DNA from: Desulfocapsa sulfexigens DSM 10523
GTDB taxonomy: Bacteria; Desulfobacterota; Desulfobulbia; Desulfobulbales; Desulfocapsaceae
Assembly: GCF_000341395.1 (NCBI RefSeq)
Contig: NC_020304.1
Span: 900,001-932,000, forward strand
DNA length: 32,000 bases
Reading direction: 5' to 3'
The number at the start of each line of letters is the position of its first letter. Within the stretch, counting starts at the first letter, position 1. The notes below the pieces were generated by a model. That model was not told where the DNA came from and did not search any database. It saw nothing but the letters and a program-made list of their open reading frames with translations. This document shows positions 26,671 through 32,000 of the stretch, in pieces. Made by a program: the position numbers and the translations under genes.

Positions 26671-28443
26671 ATGAAGCTTCAAACATCAATGCTGCAGTTA
26701 AGCTGCCTTCTTCTTCTTTCCTTCTCCGTTGCCTCCTGCATACCTGACAAGGGCGAACCTGAAGTAGACCTTCCGGAGGCACCTCCAGTCCCGGTCGAGA
26801 CGGTTGAAGAACAAACTCAACTCCCTGTACAGTATCAGGCACCTTCCTATATGGTTGACACCTCAAGCAGTGAAAGCATCGATGAAGTTGCTGATGATGT
26901 CATAATTAAAGTTGGGGCCTCTATTCGTTCCACCCAAGGTCCTCAACCGCTCTGGGATATTCTGAAGCGGCTTGCTGCCTTGAAAAAGATGAGCGTTTCG
27001 TGGGCAAGTGATGTTGACCAGAATGTGCTTGTTGATGTTGATATAAGCGCTGATGACGATTTCTACAGTGCTATTGACAACCTTCTGCGTCAGGTGGATT
27101 ATTACCATGAAATGAATGGTTCGACCATTGTGGTCCATTATAAAGAGACGAGACAATTCCACATTGCAATGCCCTTTACTAAACAGCTCTACGAAACTGC
27201 AACGGGTGGCAATGTCCTTGGCAGTAACGATGCTGCAAGTAATATTGAAGGAACTATTCGTTTGGATTCCAAGGGGAATGAATTCGATATCTGGAAAAAC
27301 ATTGAAGATAACATGAATGCTATCCTTGACACCTGGTCGACATCTGCAGTTACCTCGGTTCCGGAGAGCACTCCTGCAGAAAATGAGGACACAGCTGATA
27401 CTACCCCAAGCAAGGCAACCAAGCAGGTTTCTGCTTCTGGTAACAAATACACCATAGACAAACCTGTTGGTCTGATTACTGTCCATGCACCACGACCACT
27501 TCTGGATAAGCTTGAACTCTATTTTAAGAATCTTAAGAGAGAATTATATAAACAGGTTTCCATCGAAGCTAAGGTTATTGAAGTCCAATTAACTGACTCC
27601 TCGTCTATTGGCCTCAACTGGAACATGCTATTAAAAAATCTCACGGTTGGTGCTAGTTACAGTGGTGCCAAAACCCGTTCGGATTCAGACAGTAATACCA
27701 ATACCGCTTCAAGCGATTGGGGGAGGGATTATAATGACACTACCAACAGAGACACCGATATTGACGGGCTAACCACATCCACCCGTGCGGTAACTGATAC
27801 CATAACATCAGTTGGATCGTTGGCAGCTTCCACAACAGATACCATTACCCACCTCATTACTGAAGGAGGTGGAGCCGCCATATCACTTGCCGCATTTACC
27901 ATGGATACCTTCCTGAATGCCGTTAAAGAGCAGGGACAAACGACCATACTCTCAAACCCAAAACTCAGTGTCTTGAATGGGCAGCCTGCACTTATTACCG
28001 TGGGAAGAAATGTCACATACATAGACAGCATTGAATCTGATGTCAACAATGACACCGGAACGGTTTCCTACACCGTAGAGACCGAACGGGTTCTATCTGG
28101 AGTCGGCCTTGCACTGACCGCAAACATCCTCGAAGATAATGAAATCATTCTCAACTTGGTTCCAGTCACCTCCGAACTTGAAGAACCCATTGAATACAGA
28201 GATGTTGGTCTTGGCCAGGTTGGATTGCCGATCATTAATGTCAGGGAAATGAGTACAACAGTCCGGGTCAGAGATGGGGAAATGCTGGTTATTGGTGGGC
28301 TAATTTCAAATGTTGAAGACAATGGCGGAACATTTGTACCAGGAACCAGCAATATTCCATTTTTCAAATACTTCTTTGGCTACGAAGAAAAAATAAGCAG
28401 AAAAAGAGAGCTTATAATCTTACTTAGACCACGAATTATATAA
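26671..28443 (+). CDS. Secretin-family outer-membrane channel, lipoprotein type (MshL/PilQ-like)
   Basis: Its own RBS (AAGGGG) and a signal peptide with lipobox VASC. An N0-like domain is present (PLWDILKRLAALKKMSVSWASDV...). The secretin core is VSIEAKVIEVQL..SIGLNW ... ILSNPKLSVLNGQPALITVG ... GLPIINVREMSTTVRVRDGEMLVIGGLI ... IPFFKYFFG....R.ELIILLRPRII. Confidence 0.9.
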   Translation: MKLQTSMLQLSCLLLLSFSVASCIPDKGEPEVDLPEAPPVPVETVEEQTQLPVQYQAPSYMVDTSSSESIDEVADDVIIKVGASIRSTQGPQPLWDILKRLAALKKMSVSWASDVDQNVLVDVDISADDDFYSAIDNLLRQVDYYHEMNGSTIVVHYKETRQFHIAMPFTKQLYETATGGNVLGSNDAASNIEGTIRLDSKGNEFDIWKNIEDNMNAILDTWSTSAVTSVPESTPAENEDTADTTPSKATKQVSASGNKYTIDKPVGLITVHAPRPLLDKLELYFKNLKRELYKQVSIEAKVIEVQLTDSSSIGLNWNMLLKNLTVGASYSGAKTRSDSDSNTNTASSDWGRDYNDTTNRDTDIDGLTTSTRAVTDTITSVGSLAASTTDTITHLITEGGGAAISLAAFTMDTFLNAVKEQGQTTILSNPKLSVLNGQPALITVGRNVTYIDSIESDVNNDTGTVSYTVETERVLSGVGLALTANILEDNEIILNLVPVTSELEEPIEYRDVGLGQVGLPIINVREMSTTVRVRDGEMLVIGGLISNVEDNGGTFVPGTSNIPFFKYFFGYEEKISRKRELIILLRPRII

Positions 28444-28499
28444 AAAATTTCAATCAACTTTAATACCACGATTCAATAAGAATTTTCAGGGAGAAAATT

Positions 28500-29489
28500 A
28501 TGCAGAAGTTAAAATACATACTTTATCTGCTCTCAGCCGTACTCGTTATGGGTTGCGGCAATACGGTTGTGGAGACCCTCTATGTTGCGGATCCTCCAAA
28601 TCCCAATGCTCCTGGTAAAGGACAGACTATTGTCATCCTTCCTTTCGCCGACTATACCAGTGCTGACTCCATCGCAGGTGCATACAGAAGGAACCTGGCA
28701 GTCACTGAGGCAATAACGGACAGACTAGTTGCCAACGGCTTTAGCCTTGCTATCCAGGAAGACGTATTCGGATATCTTGTCGCTGAAGAAATCGTCAGCG
28801 TCATTCCATATGATGAAAACAGAACAGCCAGTTTATCCGAAGAACTGAACAATGAATGGTCGGAATTGATGAAAAGTCACTTAAGGACGTATATTCAAGA
28901 CCAGAAAATGCGTTCAGGTGAAACTGTTTCAGGAAGCCCAGGGACCCATGCCCTTGACCAGAAAGCCGTTGCGAAAATAGGCCGTCAATTTAATGCCGAT
29001 TACATTGTTCGTGGGCGACTCCTTGAGTTTAAAACCCGAGAAGAGAATACGTGGATACCATGGAAAAAAGGTCTGCTTCCATTTACTTTGGGGTTAAGTA
29101 GCCAGACACTGAATGGTTTTGCTCGTTCTGACACATATGATGACTGGGGGCATATGCTTCTTCCAGGAACCCTGGGTGCCATCACAGGGTATAATGCCGA
29201 CACACTCGGATTTGACAATAACGTTGGTGGTGGTGTGGTGTGGGGAGCTGTTGGTGCAGGTGCTGGACACATGGCAAAAAATGGCGGCCAGGTTGATCAG
29301 GCCGTAGTTCAGATGCGTATTTGGGTACAGGAGGCAGCCACTGGAAATCTTGTCTGGACAAACAGAGTTGATGTCAAGGTATCACCTGAATCCGTATATG
29401 CCGATCGTCAATATGATATGCTCTTTGACAAAGCAATACATAAAGGTGTCAACACCCTTATTGATAACTTTGTTCAGTATGGATTATAA
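28500..29489 (+). CDS. Lipoprotein with a CsgG/HfaB- or LpoB-like domain and a glycine-zipper insert
   Basis: AGGGAG RBS and lipobox VMGC. By eye, IVILPFADYT.., ..ADYIVRGRLLEF.., ..DQAVVQMRIWVQEAATGNLVW.. and ..AIHKGVNTLIDNF align with CsgG blocks (VSVYNIQDETG; IMVEGSIIGYE; DQIAVNLRVVNVSTGEIL; AIETGVIFLIND). It also has GGGVVWGAVGAGAGHMAKNGG at nt 29226-29288. Confidence 0.7.
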   Translation: MQKLKYILYLLSAVLVMGCGNTVVETLYVADPPNPNAPGKGQTIVILPFADYTSADSIAGAYRRNLAVTEAITDRLVANGFSLAIQEDVFGYLVAEEIVSVIPYDENRTASLSEELNNEWSELMKSHLRTYIQDQKMRSGETVSGSPGTHALDQKAVAKIGRQFNADYIVRGRLLEFKTREENTWIPWKKGLLPFTLGLSSQTLNGFARSDTYDDWGHMLLPGTLGAITGYNADTLGFDNNVGGGVVWGAVGAGAGHMAKNGGQVDQAVVQMRIWVQEAATGNLVWTNRVDVKVSPESVYADRQYDMLFDKAIHKGVNTLIDNFVQYGL

Positions 29490-29513
29490 GATTCATATCT
29501 GATATTCTCCCGC

Positions 29514-29560
29514 AAAAAAAGGCTCTTAATGCAAACTGCATTAAGAGCCTTTTTTCTTTT
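29514..29560. terminator. Bidirectional rho-independent terminator shared by the pil operon (+) and secB (-)
   Basis: A 13-bp perfect stem, GGCTCTTAATGCA (29521-29533) with TGCATTAAGAGCC (29537-29549), and a 3-nt loop. It is flanked by A7 upstream and TTTTTTCTTTT downstream. Confidence 0.85.
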
Positions 29561-29632
29561 CTAGCTAATGGAGCACTATCAAATAAAAATCACAATTGCA
29601 TTACAAGTACAAAAGGCTTCTATTATTCAGTT

Positions 29633-30115
29633 TTAGTTTTTGGCAGCAGCAGCTTCCTGCTTGGAATTTTGATATAAAGCCATAAAGTTAATCGGTTCCA
29701 TAAGGAAGGGTATAAAACCACCATCAACTGATATCTGGCTGACTATCTGCCTGGTAAAGGGGAAAAGAAGCGTTGGACAATCAACGCCCAGTACCATTTC
29801 CAGATGTTCTGCAGGAATATTCCTCATTAGAAATGCGGCTGCATGTTCAATTTCCATAATAAACATGGTCTTGTTGTTATTTCCACTATCAAGAATTTTA
29901 GCAGTAATCTGTAATGCAACCTCGTAGTGATTATCATCCAGTTTTTTATTGTTCAGTTTTAAATTAACTTCAACCTTTGGTTCCTGATTCTGTGCCTGAA
30001 AAACACCGGGAGCATTGGGATTTTCAAAAGAGAAATCTTTGATATACATCTTCTGCATGCGAAAAACAGGATTGGTATCTTCTGCAGCATTATTGTTTGC
30101 ATTTTCCTCTGTCAT
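29633..30115 (-). CDS. secB: Protein-export chaperone SecB
   Basis: FRMQKMYIKDFSFENPNAP matches the SecB N-terminal signature. The protein is 160 aa with ..LFPF.RQ...... downstream. Confidence 0.9.
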   Translation of the reverse strand: MTEENANNNAAEDTNPVFRMQKMYIKDFSFENPNAPGVFQAQNQEPKVEVNLKLNNKKLDDNHYEVALQITAKILDSGNNNKTMFIMEIEHAAAFLMRNIPAEHLEMVLGVDCPTLLFPFTRQIVSQISVDGGFIPFLMEPINFMALYQNSKQEAAAAKN

Positions 30116-30251
30116 GTTTACCTACCTCAATAGACGGTTACTAAATATTCAATCAATGGTTACCCAACAATAAGGGCACCTTACAAAAATCTTCCTTATT
30201 AAACAGTAAAATTGGTCGTTAGGCAAAGGAATTCCAAATTTTATCAAGAAG

Positions 30252-32000
30252 CTAACGTTTAAGCACATCACCGAGATAGTAACCTGTGAATGACCCTTTG
30301 GATTGTACTATTTTTTCAGGGGTTCCAGTCGCCACAATATTGCCACCATTATCACCTCCTTCAGGCCCAACATCTATCACCCAATCCGCTGTTTTTATAA
30401 CGTCAAGGTTATGCTCTATAACTACAACCGTATTTCCATTATCAACCAGTCGCCCCAGAACGCATAACAAGTGTTCAATATCAGCAGGATGCAGTCCAGT
30501 TGTCGGTTCATCCAGAATGTAGAGCGTTTTACCACTGGCTCTGCCGGAAAGCTCTTTCGCCAACTTTACCCGTTGAGCTTCCCCGCCTGAAAGTGTCACC
30601 GAGGACTGACCAAGGCTGATATAGGTGAGACCAACATCATAAAGAGTCTGTAATCTGTTCTTTACAGGAGGAATATTTTTGAAAAATTCCAGAGCCTCTT
30701 CAACGGTCATCGAGAGGACTTCATGGATATTTTTGCCACGATATTTAATTTCCAATGTTTCCTGGTTATAGCGTTTTCCCTGACACGCCTCACACACCAC
30801 ATATATATCGGGTAAAAAATGCATGGCAATCTTATTCACACCTTCACCCTCACAGGCCTCACAGCGTCCACCTTTAACATTGAAACTGAACTGGCCCAGC
30901 TTATATCCCCGGACTCTGGACTCCGGTAGACGTGCGAATAGTTCACGAACAGGTGTAAAAACACCGGTATATGTAGCTGGATTGGAGCGGGGTGTTCTGC
31001 CAATGGGACTTTGGTCAATATCAACTATCTTATCAATCTTATCCAGGCCGCTAAGAGTGGTCTTCCCTATCCTGGCACAATCGAGTCTTCGCCCCACTCC
31101 CTCTTTTGCAAGAGGAAAAAGTGTTTCAATCACAAGTGAACTCTTTCCAGATCCTGATACTCCAGTAATGCAGGTCATTACTCCGAGGGGAAAGGAGACA
31201 TCAATATTTTTGAGATTATTAACAACACCATGCTTCAAACGAAGAAATTGCCTTTTGGCGGCTTTACGCCTTTTTTCAGGAACCGCAATATTCCTGCTTC
31301 CACAAAGATAATTCCCGGTCAACGATGTATCACATTTCAACAGGCCTTGGACATCACCAGCATAGACGACCTCCCCACCGTGCACCCCTGCTCCAGGGCC
31401 CATATCAAGTATGAAATCAGCAGTCATAATCGTGTCGGTATCATGTTCCACCACTATGACACTGTTCCCCATATCCCTTAATTCAATTAGAGTATTAATC
31501 AATTTCTGATTATCACGCTGATGAAGGCCAATACTAGGTTCGTCTAAAATATAGAGTACCCCGGCCAGTCTTGATCCTATCTGAGAGGCCAGTCTGATAC
31601 GCTGGGCCTCACCCCCGGAAAGGGTGCCTGATTTCCTTTCAAGGGACAAATAGCCTAGCCCCACATCTTCAAGAAACGATAACCTGTCAACAATCTCTTT
31701 CAAAATGGGTTCTGCTATCTGACGTTCACGACTAGAAAAGGGAATAAGAGGGAGATATTCGATCATCTGTTCAATGGATAGACAGGTGAGATCATAGATT
31801 GACCATTTACCCGCTTTCACAGACAGCGCCTCCGGCTTTAAACGCTCACCATGGCACTGTGGACACGTTTGTTCATTCATGAAACGGCCAAGTTCCTCTC
31901 TGATCATAGGAGAATTGGTCTCATGAAATCTTCTGTTCAGTTGCGGTATAACCCCCTCATACGGCTTCACTGTGGTCATCTTTCGGTGTCCTTTCTGATA
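30252..32000 (-). CDS. uvrA: Excinuclease ABC subunit A, C-terminal ~580 codons (gene continues past the right edge)
   Basis: Walker A is GVSGSGKSS. There are two LSGGEAQR signatures and the zinc module C..C...CEACEGEG...CEACQGKRY. The frame stays open upstream of the track's Met at 31979 (..YQKGHRKM..), so that Met is internal. Confidence 0.97.
   Translation of the reverse strand, partial: YQKGHRKMTTVKPYEGVIPQLNRRFHETNSPMIREELGRFMNEQTCPQCHGERLKPEALSVKAGKWSIYDLTCLSIEQMIEYLPLIPFSSRERQIAEPILKEIVDRLSFLEDVGLGYLSLERKSGTLSGGEAQRIRLASQIGSRLAGVLYILDEPSIGLHQRDNQKLINTLIELRDMGNSVIVVEHDTDTIMTADFILDMGPGAGVHGGEVVYAGDVQGLLKCDTSLTGNYLCGSRNIAVPEKRRKAAKRQFLRLKHGVVNNLKNIDVSFPLGVMTCITGVSGSGKSSLVIETLFPLAKEGVGRRLDCARIGKTTLSGLDKIDKIVDIDQSPIGRTPRSNPATYTGVFTPVRELFARLPESRVRGYKLGQFSFNVKGGRCEACEGEGVNKIAMHFLPDIYVVCEACQGKRYNQETLEIKYRGKNIHEVLSMTVEEALEFFKNIPPVKNRLQTLYDVGLTYISLGQSSVTLSGGEAQRVKLAKELSGRASGKTLYILDEPTTGLHPADIEHLLCVLGRLVDNGNTVVVIEHNLDVIKTADWVIDVGPEGGDNGGNIVATGTPEKIVQSKGSFTGYYLGDVLKR

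Noticed and set aside
26863-27486. 207-aa minus-strand ORF
   Set aside because: It is antisense to the secretin gene and has no signal or motif support.
24686-28443. Idea that the AMIN-TPR ORF and the secretin ORF are two halves of a frameshifted or pseudogenised pilQ
   Set aside because: About 200 aa of TPR repeats follow the N0-like domain before the stop. The downstream gene has its own RBS, its own lipoprotein signal peptide and its own N0-like domain, and a 59-nt intergenic gap separates them. This fits two intact genes rather than a disrupted one.
31977-32000. Met at 31979 as the uvrA start (as given in the ORF track)
   Set aside because: The frame stays open to the window edge (..YQKGHRKM..). 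The region aligns with the middle of UvrA (about 940 aa in characterised homologues), so the gene is truncated by the window.
1-32000. Search for CRISPR arrays, transposases/integrases, phage genes, toxin-antitoxin or known defence-system signatures
   Set aside because: No spaced direct repeats, no terminal inverted repeats, and no recombinase, nuclease or helicase defence-type ORFs were seen. The only tandem repeat is the 10-bp duplication at 1836-1857, which I read as a regulator binding site.

Overview
This looks like a chromosomal window from a Gram-negative bacterium. Gene content and protein signatures suggest Desulfobacterota/deltaproteobacteria, but I cannot verify that without a database. 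Coding density is high, and I support about 35 protein genes plus one tRNA.

Left third (1-12280), accessory and envelope-related:
- A three-gene operon of exported proteins (lipoprotein, small secreted protein, OMP beta-barrel). It is divergent from a CpxRA-like OmpR/HK two-component pair, with an exact GTAAA-N5-GTAAA direct repeat in the shared promoter.
- A two-EF-hand protein.
- A split CBS / HPP gene pair.
- A TetR-controlled tripartite ABC efflux operon (adaptor, FtsX-type permease, ATPase, NodT-type outer-membrane lipoprotein) with a class II cytochrome c (cytochrome c') gene embedded in it.

Middle (12640-21432), housekeeping:
- tRNA-Leu(GAG) downstream of secG.
- tpiA, pgk, rimI and an unusually long GAPDH.
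- sfsA and queC.
- pyrC, pyrB and lepB.

Right third:
- A seven-gene type IV pilus-like operon.
- secB and a partial uvrA.

The best candidate for an undescribed arrangement is the end of the pilus operon. After pilMNOP there is no single pilQ. Instead there are three genes:
- a signal-peptide protein made of two AMIN domains, a secretin N0-like domain and a C-terminal TPR array, with no secretin barrel;
- a separate MshL-like lipoprotein secretin carrying a Ser/Thr/Asp/Asn-rich insert;
- a CsgG/LpoB-like lipoprotein with a glycine-zipper segment.

I saw no rRNA, CRISPR array, transposase/integrase, prophage or recognisable defence genes. All domain calls come from reading motifs by eye, not from searches.
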